Assembly (NCBI GenBank): GCA_030649945.1
Contig: JAUSFE010000083.1
Coordinates: forward strand, 5,194-69,193
Direction of reading: 5' to 3'
Source: Dehalococcoidia bacterium
GTDB lineage: Bacteria; Chloroflexota; Dehalococcoidia; SM23-28-2; RBG-16-64-32
Length of the DNA stretch: 64,000 bases
This document shows positions 43,743 to 53,057 of the stretch, piece after piece (position 1 is the first letter of the stretch; every line of letters starts with the position of its first letter). The notes beneath the pieces are model-generated. The model saw only the letters and a program-made list of their open reading frames with translations. It was not told where the DNA came from and ran no database searches. Made by a program: the position numbers and the translations under genes.

Positions 43743-46220
43743 TCAATTGGGCGGACCCGGCCCCAACCGGTGGAGATCCCACTCGAACTCAAACGTCCCC
43801 CTGCCTTCGGAGCCGAGGTACGAATAGCTGCCGGAGATCGTCCGGCCGTCTTCGCCCACGCGGAACTGCTCCGATTCGGGCGCTGCAAAGTAGTGGACGG
43901 GGGCATAACCGCCTGTAGCCTCGCACACTATCTCGATGAAGAACGTGGGATCGAGACCGTTCCCGCTGTAGAAGTAGCCGCCGTCGCCGTCCGGTCTCAG
44001 CAGAAGCTCCTGGTCATAGCGGGCGATCACGTTGCCTGCCGGAATTGTGCCGGAGTACTCCTCGCTGCATGGAGACCCGCCCATTCGAGTGTAGGAGTAG
44101 GTCCAGTCGATGTCGCCCTTCGGTATGTAGAGCAGGCATGGCTCAGGCTCAACTTCGCAATGGTAGTAGTAGTGGCCGTTGTCTTCCTCCGGGTCGTGGT
44201 ACTCCCAGAGGAGTATGGCGTCGTTCATCACCACCCGGACGCCGCCTGTCGCTGGCTCGGTGAGCGTGGAGTGCGCAGTGCCGCGCCAGCCGCTGCAGCC
44301 GGGCGCCTGCGCCTTGACCCGCGGGTCGGGGTCGAAGGGCAGCGAGTCCGTCGGATGGCTGTTGCTGACGATGATGACGAGCTGGGTGAGGTCTTCCTCT
44401 TCGATGTCGCGGCAGAACTTCTTCCGCTCCGCGCCGGTCCAGTCCTCCGGTTCCTTCCACGAGAAGTCGATCTGCTTGATGGCCCAGACGTGTGCGTACT
44501 GCACACCGTGGAGGAGGTTCTCGAAGGTCACCTTGCGGACGCTGGGGTCGAATTTGAAGGAGTAGTACTTGGAGGCAAGACCGGGGACGGGGGAGTCCAG
44601 GAGGTAGACGTTGGGAGTGGCATTTTCAACCTTGTCGGTGGGGGGTTCCAGGCCGGACTTGAAGGTGTCGTCCGCGGTCTTGTACTGGTCTGGTTCCCGG
44701 ACCGGGTCACGGTTCCAGTTGCTGACGGTGAAATCGTCGAAGTGTTCGTCGAGGTTGAAGGCGTCGTCCACCGCTGTGATGCCATCGGCGCCGGGCGTGG
44801 CCGCGTGTTGCCAAACGGATGTGACGATCCCGTCTCCTTCTTTCATCGACGCGAAGAAGAAGAAGAGCCACGACCCGTAGGCGTTCTTGTCGGATTCGGT
44901 CTCGCGTGTGAGCGTCTGACCGAGCCCCTTGAAGAAGTCCGCCAGGTAGCTGTAAGGGTAAGAAGGAATCTTGCCGAGCCGTTTCATCACCTGGTGTTCC
45001 GCCCAGGTGGCGGTACTCTCCATGAGCCAGCTCGTCTCGCCGGTGTCGTAGGCAAATTGTGCCGCATGAGTCAGTTCGTGGGCGGTTACGGAGATGAGGC
45101 TTTCTTGGTAGATGTCCTTGTCGATCATGAGGTAGCTTGAGGACTTGTTGTCCACAAACTCCGCAGCTCGTTGTGCCATGCCTGAGGCTGCTGCTGTCGC
45201 TAGAGTGCACTCGGGCTCGTCTGGGATGATCACGCAGCCGTCCCAACGGGGGTCGACCGCGCTCCTGTCGAGGAAGTAGAAATCGATGGCAGAGTCAGGG
45301 TTGATTTCGAGGTTGGGGATTTCGGCCTGATCCGGATTGGGGTAACGGAAGATGGCGGCCTTGCCTGGGGAAGCACCCAGGGCAGACCATGCCTGCGAGA
45401 CGGCGTTCACGTATCGCTCTAGTTCGGCGTCGGACGTCGCCTTCAGCCACACGCGGGCGTTGGTGTTTGCCACCAGGAGGCTGCGCCAGGCCAGCGCGGG
45501 TCCCAGCGCCGCGAGCCCGGCGCCCTCCGGCAGGGTGTTGAAGATGCTGATGGGGTCGTTGGGGCGCGCGCGGAAGGGGGCGAGGCCGGCGAGGAGCTCC
45601 GGGCTGAGCTGAGCCTCGTTCTGGTCCACTTCAAAGAAGAGGTCTGAGCCGGCCTCCCAGTCCACGACGGGACTGCTGAACTCCGTTGGCAGACGCGCGT
45701 CTGCGTACAGGGCGTAGGCGCGGTACAGCAGCGATTCCTCGTACGTGATGTCGTCGGCCTCCAGAGCCGCGGCGATCAGCGCCTCGCTCGTGGGCGGCGG
45801 CGACCCGGTCGGTCCGGGCGTGGGCGAGCCGCTTTCGCCGAGCGTGTCGCCAATCTGCGGGCACGGCGGGCTGATGCTCACGGGGAGCGCGATGAGATCG
45901 CGCGCTATCTTCTGCGCATCGCCAATGCTGACGCTTCCGCTGCAGTCAACGTCTCCCCAATCGAAGCCGAAGCCCGGGACGCCGTCGCCGATGCCCGGGC
46001 AAGGCGGCGTCTGCGTGACGGCCAGCCCCACCAGGCTGCGGGACAGCTTCTGGGCATCGGCAATGCTGACGCCGCCGGAACAGTCGACGTCGCCGGAGAG
46101 AAGGACGCCGGCGCGGGCATCACCGAGCGACGCCAGCAGTGCGAGCGCGGCGACGACGAGGACGGCCGCAGCCAGGACGAAGGGAGTGGCCCGCAGGGGA
46201 AGAGGCTGACTGTACATCAA
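43743..46220 (-). CDS. secreted protein with two dockerin-like repeats and an HExxH metallopeptidase-like motif
   Basis: Signal-like N-terminus. GDVDCSGGVSIADAQKLSRSLVGL and GDVDCSGSVSIGDAQKIARDLIAL. SVTAHELTHAAQF. Confidence 0.65.
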   Translation of the reverse strand: MMYSQPLPLRATPFVLAAAVLVVAALALLASLGDARAGVLLSGDVDCSGGVSIADAQKLSRSLVGLAVTQTPPCPGIGDGVPGFGFDWGDVDCSGSVSIGDAQKIARDLIALPVSISPPCPQIGDTLGESGSPTPGPTGSPPPTSEALIAAALEADDITYEESLLYRAYALYADARLPTEFSSPVVDWEAGSDLFFEVDQNEAQLSPELLAGLAPFRARPNDPISIFNTLPEGAGLAALGPALAWRSLLVANTNARVWLKATSDAELERYVNAVSQAWSALGASPGKAAIFRYPNPDQAEIPNLEINPDSAIDFYFLDRSAVDPRWDGCVIIPDEPECTLATAAASGMAQRAAEFVDNKSSSYLMIDKDIYQESLISVTAHELTHAAQFAYDTGETSWLMESTATWAEHQVMKRLGKIPSYPYSYLADFFKGLGQTLTRETESDKNAYGSWLFFFFASMKEGDGIVTSVWQHAATPGADGITAVDDAFNLDEHFDDFTVSNWNRDPVREPDQYKTADDTFKSGLEPPTDKVENATPNVYLLDSPVPGLASKYYSFKFDPSVRKVTFENLLHGVQYAHVWAIKQIDFSWKEPEDWTGAERKKFCRDIEEEDLTQLVIIVSNSHPTDSLPFDPDPRVKAQAPGCSGWRGTAHSTLTEPATGGVRVVMNDAILLWEYHDPEEDNGHYYYHCEVEPEPCLLYIPKGDIDWTYSYTRMGGSPCSEEYSGTIPAGNVIARYDQELLLRPDGDGGYFYSGNGLDPTFFIEIVCEATGGYAPVHYFAAPESEQFRVGEDGRTISGSYSYLGSEGRGTFEFEWDLHRLGPGPPN

Positions 46221-46312
46221 AGTGGCGCGGCCGGATTCCTGGAAGGGGCGCTTTCAGTCTATATACACTGGCTATATACCGTGGCCCCGGGCGACGGTCA
46301 AGAGGTTCGGGG

Positions 46313-47266
46313 CTACCTGCGCCCGTCCGCGAGCGCCAGCAGGAACTCGTAGACCAAGTTGGCGGCCAGCAGCGCCGTGATCTCTGAGGAGTCGTAGGCG
46401 GGCGCGACCTCGACGATGTCGAAGGCGGCGAGGGGCAGGCCGCGCAGGCCGCGCACCAGCGCGACTATCTCGCGGCTGGTGAGGCCGGCCACCTCCGGGG
46501 TGCCGGTGCCGGGGGCGAAGGCGGGGTCCACGCTGTCAATGTCGAGCGAGACGTAGACGGGACCGCGGGCGATGCGGTGAATGTCCTCGAGCGTGGCGCT
46601 CACGCCCCGGCGGGCGAACTCCTCCGCCGTGATGAGGTGGAAGCCGGCGGCGCGGGCCTCCGGGATGATGGCGGCGGAGATGGAGCCGCGGATGCCGACC
46701 TGGACGGAGGCGGCGGGATCGATCAGGCCTTCCTCGCTGGCGCGGCGGAAGACGGTGCCGTGGTGGTACGGCCGCTCCGGCGTGCCGGGCCAGAAGTCCG
46801 GGTGGGCGTCGAAGTGGACCAGCGAGAGGCGGCCGTGGCGGGCGGCGGCGGCCCGCAGCGCCGGCAGCGTGGTGGAGTGATCGCCGCCCAGGACCAGCGG
46901 GAAGACTCCGGCCGCCACGATGGGGGCGAGCTCCGCCCGCACGTGGTCCAGGGACTGCTCGATGTAGCCGGGGAAGACCTCGATGTCGCCGTAGTCGATG
47001 ACGCGGAGCTTATCGAACGGCGGCTCTATCTTGTCGGGCTCCCAGTGGTGCGGCCGCAGCTGGCCGGAAGCGTCGCGGATGGCGCGGGGGCCGAAGCGGG
47101 CGCCGGAGCGGTACATGACGGCCATGTCCATGGGGACGCCGACGATGGCGACGTCCGTACGGGAGAGGTCGCGGCTGGCGGGGCAGCGGGCGAAGGTGTA
47201 GGCGCCGCCGTAGCGGGGCCCACGCTGCCAGTCCTGGGGTACGAGGCGGTCCTGCTCTCCGGTCAT
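46313..47266 (-). CDS. speB: agmatinase (arginase family)
   Basis: VVGVPMD..., GGDHSTTL, HFDAHPD, SLDIDSVDPAFAPGTGTPE. Confidence 0.85.
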   Translation of the reverse strand: MTGEQDRLVPQDWQRGPRYGGAYTFARCPASRDLSRTDVAIVGVPMDMAVMYRSGARFGPRAIRDASGQLRPHHWEPDKIEPPFDKLRVIDYGDIEVFPGYIEQSLDHVRAELAPIVAAGVFPLVLGGDHSTTLPALRAAAARHGRLSLVHFDAHPDFWPGTPERPYHHGTVFRRASEEGLIDPAASVQVGIRGSISAAIIPEARAAGFHLITAEEFARRGVSATLEDIHRIARGPVYVSLDIDSVDPAFAPGTGTPEVAGLTSREIVALVRGLRGLPLAAFDIVEVAPAYDSSEITALLAANLVYEFLLALADGRR

Positions 47267-47324
47267 GCCCCGATGATAGCGGCGGGGCGGCAGGACGGCA
47301 ACGAAAAAGGCCGGGGCGCGCGCT

Positions 47325-47395
47325 TTGGGCGCAGCAAGCCGGCGCCCCTACCGGGAACCGGCGTGATCGTTGGGCGCAGCAAGCAGCGCCCCTAC
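47325..47395. repeat. Two REP-like palindromes TTGGGCGCAGCAAGC(N)GCGCCCCTAC
   Basis: 47325-47351 and 47370-47395. The stop codon of the TPR gene (47392-47394) lies in the CCCCTAC end. Confidence 0.85.
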
Positions 47396-48255
47396 TCCTC
47401 TTCCTCGGTCTCCGGCTCGATGCGCAGCTTGGCATCGTTGCCGCTGCCCAACTCGTAGATCGTGGCGTCGGTCTCTTCGGTTGTGTCATGGCCGGGGGGC
47501 CAGTCTTCCAGGTCTTCGCCGTCTTCGAAGTAAGTCTCGTCGTCGGCGTCCTGGCGCAGGAGGCGCTCCTTGACGTAGGGCCGGAAGGACTCTGTGACCG
47601 TGGGCGGGAAGGAGAGCTTGCCGGTCTGCGAGGCGTGCTGGAACGTCTCGCGGATGAAGACGCGGACCTGGTGTTCGTCCAGCCCGGAGATGGCAGCGAC
47701 GTACTCGTTGCCGGCGTCCATGAGCTTGATCAGGCGCTGGCCGAGCTTGGGCTCGACCTCGCCCAGGTATTCGCCGACGAGGCTGTGGATGAGGAGCGAG
47801 CCGTTCTGGCGGTGGAGCTGGACCTGGTCGCCGGCGGTCATGCGGGCGACGACGTCCATGTTGGTGCGGGTGAGGGTGGTGATGCCGGTCTTGCCCATCT
47901 CCTCGATAAACATTTGAGGGGAGAGCTTCTGGTTGGCGGCGCGCGGCGGCGCGGCTTCGCCCAGGGTGGCCAGGCGGGTCAGGTTCTTGCGGGCGATCGT
48001 GTTCAGCGGATCGGCCTCGAGCGCCCTCATGTATGCCTCACGGGCGTCGGCGTAGCGGCCGAGTTCGGTCATGGCCTTGCCCAGCCGGTTGTAGGCGTCC
48101 ACATCGCTGGGGAAGGACTCGATGATGCCCTTGTTCAGCTGAACGGCCTCTGTCCAGCGTCCCTGGAGGGCCATCTGGATGGCCACTTCGGCCTGCTGCT
48201 TCTTCGCTCTTGCGCGGTCTTCAGCTTGGAATACCATCAACCTCACCAACTCCAA
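47392..48255 (-). CDS. TPR-repeat protein
   Basis: N-terminal TPR-like helices (WTEAVQLNKGIIESFPSDVDAYNRLGKAMTELGRYADAREAYMRALEADP), acidic C-terminus. Confidence 0.7.
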   Translation of the reverse strand: MELVRLMVFQAEDRARAKKQQAEVAIQMALQGRWTEAVQLNKGIIESFPSDVDAYNRLGKAMTELGRYADAREAYMRALEADPLNTIARKNLTRLATLGEAAPPRAANQKLSPQMFIEEMGKTGITTLTRTNMDVVARMTAGDQVQLHRQNGSLLIHSLVGEYLGEVEPKLGQRLIKLMDAGNEYVAAISGLDEHQVRVFIRETFQHASQTGKLSFPPTVTESFRPYVKERLLRQDADDETYFEDGEDLEDWPPGHDTTEETDATIYELGSGNDAKLRIEPETEEEE

Positions 48256-48564
48256 TGTTGCCGCATTGTACGGGTGAACCGCTCACCTCTGCAAGACCCG
48301 TCTGGTTACACATCGGTTATAACGTAGGTCTGCAGGGAGAAGTTCCCCGCGTCGCAATGTAAAGACGAATGTCCGCTGCCATTGTTACCGAATCGTAATA
48401 GGGTTTCATTAAGGAACAATTAAAAAACAGAACTCGCAACCTGGGGGGTCCGTCAGGCGTTCAGAAGAGCAGGCCATCTACAGGTATAAACGAAAAAGAG
48501 GGGTGGGAAGTTTTGCGAAAGGCAGCGCCGGTGGTGGGCGGGTGCACGCCGGGTGTGAACGCGA

Positions 48565-48642
48565 TGGTCGGGGTGGGCGGATTCGAACCGCCGACCTCAC
48601 GGTCCCGAACCGTGCGCTCTAGCCTGACTGAGCTACACCCCG
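48565..48642 (-). tRNA. tRNA-Pro (anticodon CGG), CCA encoded
   Basis: Reverse complement reads CGGGGTGTAGCTCAGTCAGG...CACGG-TTCGGGA-CCGTG...GGTTCGAATCCGCCCACCCCGACCA. Confidence 0.9.
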
Positions 48643-48777
48643 ATCTCCTGCTAATGCCATTCTATCCCATGCGGGCGACAAGGCGAGCCACCGGAGTGCC
48701 GGCGGCCAAGCGCATGCTACCAGAACGTTTGGCCGCGTGTCGAGGCGGCGGTGCGGGGGCCGCAGACGGCAGGCGTC

Positions 48778-50112
48778 ATGCAGGCTGACATCGAGGGCCG
48801 CGGCGGCTTCCTGTTCAACGTCAACCTGGTCTTTCTTTCGCAGATCCTCATCTACGGGCTGGCGTTCGGGCTGCGGGTGGTGCTGGCGCGGGGCCTGGGC
48901 GATTCGGGCCTGGGCACGTACTCGCTGTTCTTCGTGGCGGTGCTGGTGGCCGGGGGCCTGGCCAACCTGGGCGTCGGCCTGGGCAACATCTACTTCCTGA
49001 ACAAGGGCACGTATTCCTACGGCGTCTTGCTCTCCGGCAGCCTCTTCGTCCTCGTTGCCACGTCTGCCGTGGCCGGGGCGTTTGTGCTGGCCTGGGGGCT
49101 CGCGTACCAGCCGGAGTTGTTCGTCACCGGCCGGGCCTTCTGGCTGTACGCGGCGGCGTTGCCCGCGGTGGTGGGATACGTACTGCTCACTTCATTCCTG
49201 CACGGGTCCAGCCGCTTCGTGGCGCTGAGCGCGGTCGCCATCGCGCAGGGGTGCGTCGGGTTCGGCGCCGTCGCGGTCCTGGAGGCCCTGGGGCGCCTGG
49301 ACATCTTCTGGGCCATCGCCGCCTGGGCGGGCTCCTTCGCCGCCGCCGACATCCTGGCGCTAACGCTAGTCCGCCTGCGCGAGGCCGATCTGGGGGCGCT
49401 CCTGCCGCCGCGCTGGGAGGTGCTGCGCGAGCAGGTGCGCTACGGCGCCCAGGGCCAGCTAGCGAACCTGGCCCAGCTCTTCAACTACCGCCTGGACCAG
49501 TTCCTGGTGGCCGCCTTCGTCTCCCGCGCCGGCGTCGGCCACTACACGGTCGCCGTGGGGCTGGGCGAGAGCGTCTGGTGGATCTCCTCCGCCGTTGCCA
49601 TGGTGCTGCTGCCGCGCCTGACGCGCATGGAGAGCGAGGAGGCGGCGGAGAAGACTCCGCTCATCTGCCGGAACACCTTGCTGGTCAGCGCCGTCGCCGC
49701 TCTGGCCCTCATGGCGGTCTCGCCGCTGGCGATCCGCGTCCTCTTCGGCGCCGACTTCAAGCCGGCGACGCTGCCGCTGGTCTTGCTGATGCCGGGCATA
49801 GTGGCCGGCAGCGCCACGCGGGTGCTGGGCAGCTACCTGTTCAGCCAGGGGCGCATCCTTTACAACACATACGCAACGTTCATCGCGCTGGGGCTGACGC
49901 TGGCGCTGGATTTCGCGCTCATCCCGCGGCTGGAGGTGGAGGGCGCCGCCATCGCCTCCTCCGTCGCCTACACGGCCTCGCTCATTGCCACGCTGTACTG
50001 GTACCGCAGGGTGTCCGGGGGCAGCATCCGCGAGGCGCTGATCTTCCAGCGGGGCGACGTTCGGTTCTACGCGGACGTGGTGCAGAGGCTACGCCGGCGG
50101 TGGCCGGCGTAA
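48778..50112 (+). CDS. polysaccharide flippase (Wzx/MOP superfamily)
   Basis: About 12 TM segments and a polysaccharide biosynthesis protein-like pattern. ATG 48778. Confidence 0.75.
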   Translation: MQADIEGRGGFLFNVNLVFLSQILIYGLAFGLRVVLARGLGDSGLGTYSLFFVAVLVAGGLANLGVGLGNIYFLNKGTYSYGVLLSGSLFVLVATSAVAGAFVLAWGLAYQPELFVTGRAFWLYAAALPAVVGYVLLTSFLHGSSRFVALSAVAIAQGCVGFGAVAVLEALGRLDIFWAIAAWAGSFAAADILALTLVRLREADLGALLPPRWEVLREQVRYGAQGQLANLAQLFNYRLDQFLVAAFVSRAGVGHYTVAVGLGESVWWISSAVAMVLLPRLTRMESEEAAEKTPLICRNTLLVSAVAALALMAVSPLAIRVLFGADFKPATLPLVLLMPGIVAGSATRVLGSYLFSQGRILYNTYATFIALGLTLALDFALIPRLEVEGAAIASSVAYTASLIATLYWYRRVSGGSIREALIFQRGDVRFYADVVQRLRRRWPA

Positions 50113-50238
50113 GCGGCGGCGGGACGTTCGCGCGCAGACGGGACCTTCGGGAGAGCGGACGGACGGGCTGAAGGCCCGTCCTACGACGAATATCCAGGAA
50201 TATCCAGAGCGGCGGCCTGCCCTGGCAGGGTGCTCGCC

Positions 50239-51087
50239 TCAGCGCCCGGCGCGCAGCCGCTGCCGCAGAACCAGCCAGACGAACACGGGCAGAGCCAGCT
50301 GGCGGCGCAGGCGCCACGGCTGGCGCAGCAAGCGGTACAGCCATTCCAGGCCGGAGCGGCGCAGCCAGCGGGGCGCCCGCGGCGTGGCCCCCGAGATGAA
50401 GGAGAAGGAGCCGCCCTCCGCAACCGCCACTTTGACGTCCAGGCGGCGCAGGTTGTCCGCGATCCAGATTTCCTGGCGGGGAAAGCCCATGGCCACGAGG
50501 AGCACCTGCGGCCGCGCCTGGTTTACCAGGGCGATGACAGCCTCGCTCTCCGCGCCGCTCAGCCGGAAGTGTCCGTGGCGCCAGCCCGCGATGCGCAGCG
50601 CGGGCAAGCGCTGGCGGACGCGGGCAACGGTGCCGGCCACCTCTTCCTCGCGGCCTCCCAGGAGGAAGACGCCGGCGCCGGCCTCAGCCAGCGCGGAGAG
50701 CATCTCCCAGGTGAAATCGACTCCGGCCATGGCCTGCTTCAGCGGCCTGCGGACGGCGCGCGGGTTGAGGACGAGGGCGGCGAGCGAGAGGGGGAGCTGG
50801 AGCAGCGCGCGCAGCCGGCCGCCGGGCAATGCAAGGTAGTGCGCGGCCCAGACGATGCCGGCGCCGTCCGGCAGGCAGAGGGCGGCGCCGTTCAGAATCT
50901 CGCGGACCCGAAGATCGCGGACCGCCCGCGGCATGAACTCTGAGTAGGGCTTGACCACGCAGGCCTGCGTGGCGGCGCCCGCGAGCGCGGCGACGGCCCG
51001 CGCGGCCTCCTTGCGGCTGAGGTTGTGGAAGCGGACGCCCAGCACGTCCACCACTTCCGGCGCGGAGTCAGGCGGTGGCGCGGGCAC
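50239..51087 (-). CDS. WecB/TagA/CpsF family glycosyltransferase
   Basis: CLPDGAGIVWAA...VFLLGG...VAMGFPRQEIW...GGSFSFISG...LEWLYRL. Confidence 0.8.
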   Translation of the reverse strand: MPAPPPDSAPEVVDVLGVRFHNLSRKEAARAVAALAGAATQACVVKPYSEFMPRAVRDLRVREILNGAALCLPDGAGIVWAAHYLALPGGRLRALLQLPLSLAALVLNPRAVRRPLKQAMAGVDFTWEMLSALAEAGAGVFLLGGREEEVAGTVARVRQRLPALRIAGWRHGHFRLSGAESEAVIALVNQARPQVLLVAMGFPRQEIWIADNLRRLDVKVAVAEGGSFSFISGATPRAPRWLRRSGLEWLYRLLRQPWRLRRQLALPVFVWLVLRQRLRAGR

Positions 51088-52264
51088 CGGACAACACCTC
51101 GTCCAGCGGCGCGTAGGCCACCGCCGCCACGTAGCGGCTTCTGATCAGCTCCCGGCCGTTGGCGCTGAGGGCGGCCCAGAGGGCGCCGTCAGTGAGCAGG
51201 CGGACGGCGGCGGCGGCCAGCCCGTACGGGCCGTCGGCGATCAGCAGGTGCTGTTCGGGGGCGGCCTCTATCCCCTCGGCCGCCTGGGGAGAGACCACGG
51301 CCGGGAGCCCGCGGGCCAGCGCATTAAGCACCTTCAGCTTCGTGCCGCCGCCGCTCCGTGTCGCCTCCACGAACACCCTGGCCCGGCGGTAGAACGGCTC
51401 CGCGTCGGCGACGGGGCCGGTGTACTCGACGCCCGGCGCCGCTCGCAACAGGCGCTCGAGGGAGGGCGGCGCGCCGCGGCCGGCGACGGCGAAGCGCGCC
51501 TGGGGTATCTCCCTGCGGACGAGCGGGAATACGTCACGCACGAAGTGCTCGATGCCCTCGGTGTTCGGCTGCCAGCTCAGGGTGCCGAAGTAGAAGATGA
51601 GCGGCTCCGTAGCCGCGAACGCCAGGGGCGGGCGCTCCAGCAGCGACGCGTCCGGCAGGTTGGGGAGCACGCGGAGGCGGCCGGCGTCCGCCCCCAGGGC
51701 GATGAGCGCGCGGCGGTCCGGCTCCGAGACGGCGAACACGCAGTCAAAGCGGCGCAGCATGGCGGCCTCGTAGCGGCGCACGCGGGCGCACTCCCGGCGC
51801 ACCAGCAGGCGGCGCGCCGGGTTGCGCTCCAGCTCCGCCTGCCGCCGCCAGAGGACGTGCTCGGCATTGTGCTCGTGCAGGAGCTTCAGCCCGGAGAAGC
51901 CCGGCGGCAGGTACTGCGCCATCAGCCAGCCGTCCACGAAGACGGCGTCAGGGCGCCCGCGCAGAAGCCGCTGCCGCACCAGTTCGCGCAGGCGCGCGCT
52001 GCGGTTGCGCTCGATGCTGAGAGGGACGCCGGAGAGGTAGCTGCGCAGAAGGTTGAGGAGGTTGCGGCCGCGGCGCAGGGGGAGGGCCACGACGCCGGCC
52101 TCGGCCGCCCAGCGCTCCTGCGCCGCCGCCAGCGGGGAGCGGGAGAAGCAAAGGACGGAGACGTCGTGGTCACGGCGCAGGTAGTCGAGGATGCTGAGCG
52201 TCTTGATGGCGCCGCCGCCGGTGGGCGGGAAGGGGAACTCCGAGGCGAGGAAGAGGATGCGCAT
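51068..52264 (-). CDS. glycosyltransferase family 4 (GT-B)
   Basis: MRILFLASEFPFPPTGGGAIK...EATRSGGGTKLKVLNALARGLPVVS. Confidence 0.8.
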   Translation of the reverse strand: MRILFLASEFPFPPTGGGAIKTLSILDYLRRDHDVSVLCFSRSPLAAAQERWAAEAGVVALPLRRGRNLLNLLRSYLSGVPLSIERNRSARLRELVRQRLLRGRPDAVFVDGWLMAQYLPPGFSGLKLLHEHNAEHVLWRRQAELERNPARRLLVRRECARVRRYEAAMLRRFDCVFAVSEPDRRALIALGADAGRLRVLPNLPDASLLERPPLAFAATEPLIFYFGTLSWQPNTEGIEHFVRDVFPLVRREIPQARFAVAGRGAPPSLERLLRAAPGVEYTGPVADAEPFYRRARVFVEATRSGGGTKLKVLNALARGLPAVVSPQAAEGIEAAPEQHLLIADGPYGLAAAAVRLLTDGALWAALSANGRELIRSRYVAAVAYAPLDEVLSGARATA

Positions 52265-52296
52265 TGTGGCCGGTCCGCCTGAGGCGGAGGCGGGCG

Positions 52297-52974
52297 CTAG
52301 CGCGCCCCCTTCTTGCTGATGACAAGGCCCACCGTGCGGACGAGGATCATGAGGTCGCGGCGCAGGGGATGGCGGCGCACGTAGTCCAGGTCGAAGCGGA
52401 TCTTCTGGTAGTGGGTGATGTCGGAGCGGCCGTTGACCTGGGCGAGGCCGGTCATCCCGGGCTTCACGTTGTGGCGCTGATGGAACTGGGGCGGCCAGGC
52501 GGCGACGATCTGCGGCATGTCCGGCCGCGGCCCGACGAGGCTCATGTCACCCTTGACCACGTTGACCAGTTGCGGCAACTCGTCTACGGTCGTCTTGCGC
52601 AGCGCCCAGCCCACGGCGGTAGCGTTGCGCGGCCGCCCGCGCGGGCTGAGCAGGCGCCGGGTAAGATCGCCCAGCGGCAGGCGCTCCAGAAGGTCGCTGT
52701 GCCTGGTGTTGTGGTGCATGGTGCGGAACTTGAGGAAGCGGAAGACGCGGCCGTGCAGGCCCACCCGCTCCTGCTTGATGAGCACCGGGCCGGACGAGTC
52801 GAGCTTGATGAGGGCGGCGGCCAGGGCGAAGATGGGCCAGAGGATGCCGATGGCCAGCGACCCGGCGACGATGTCTATCAGGCGCTTTGCGGGCGGCGTG
52901 GGCCCTGCCGGCACGGCCGCTGGAATGTCCGCATAGGCGGCTTCGCTTTCGCGCTTCCCGTTGTCGGCGGTCAC
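52297..52974 (-). CDS. polyprenyl-phosphate sugar phosphotransferase (bacterial sugar transferase, PglC/WbaP C-terminal type)
   Basis: KRLIDIVAGSLAI...LIKQERVG..FRFLKFRTM...DELPQLVNVVKGDMSLVGPRP. GTG 52974 chosen so it does not overlap rfbD. Confidence 0.85.
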   Translation of the reverse strand: MTADNGKRESEAAYADIPAAVPAGPTPPAKRLIDIVAGSLAIGILWPIFALAAALIKLDSSGPVLIKQERVGLHGRVFRFLKFRTMHHNTRHSDLLERLPLGDLTRRLLSPRGRPRNATAVGWALRKTTVDELPQLVNVVKGDMSLVGPRPDMPQIVAAWPPQFHQRHNVKPGMTGLAQVNGRSDITHYQKIRFDLDYVRRHPLRRDLMILVRTVGLVISKKGAR

Positions 52975-53057
52975 GGACTGTATGTTAGCGGAAACCGGCG
53001 GTGGAATGGGCGCGCCGGGAAGCCCGCGCGGGCGCAGCGTGCCCCGGGAGCCGTTCC

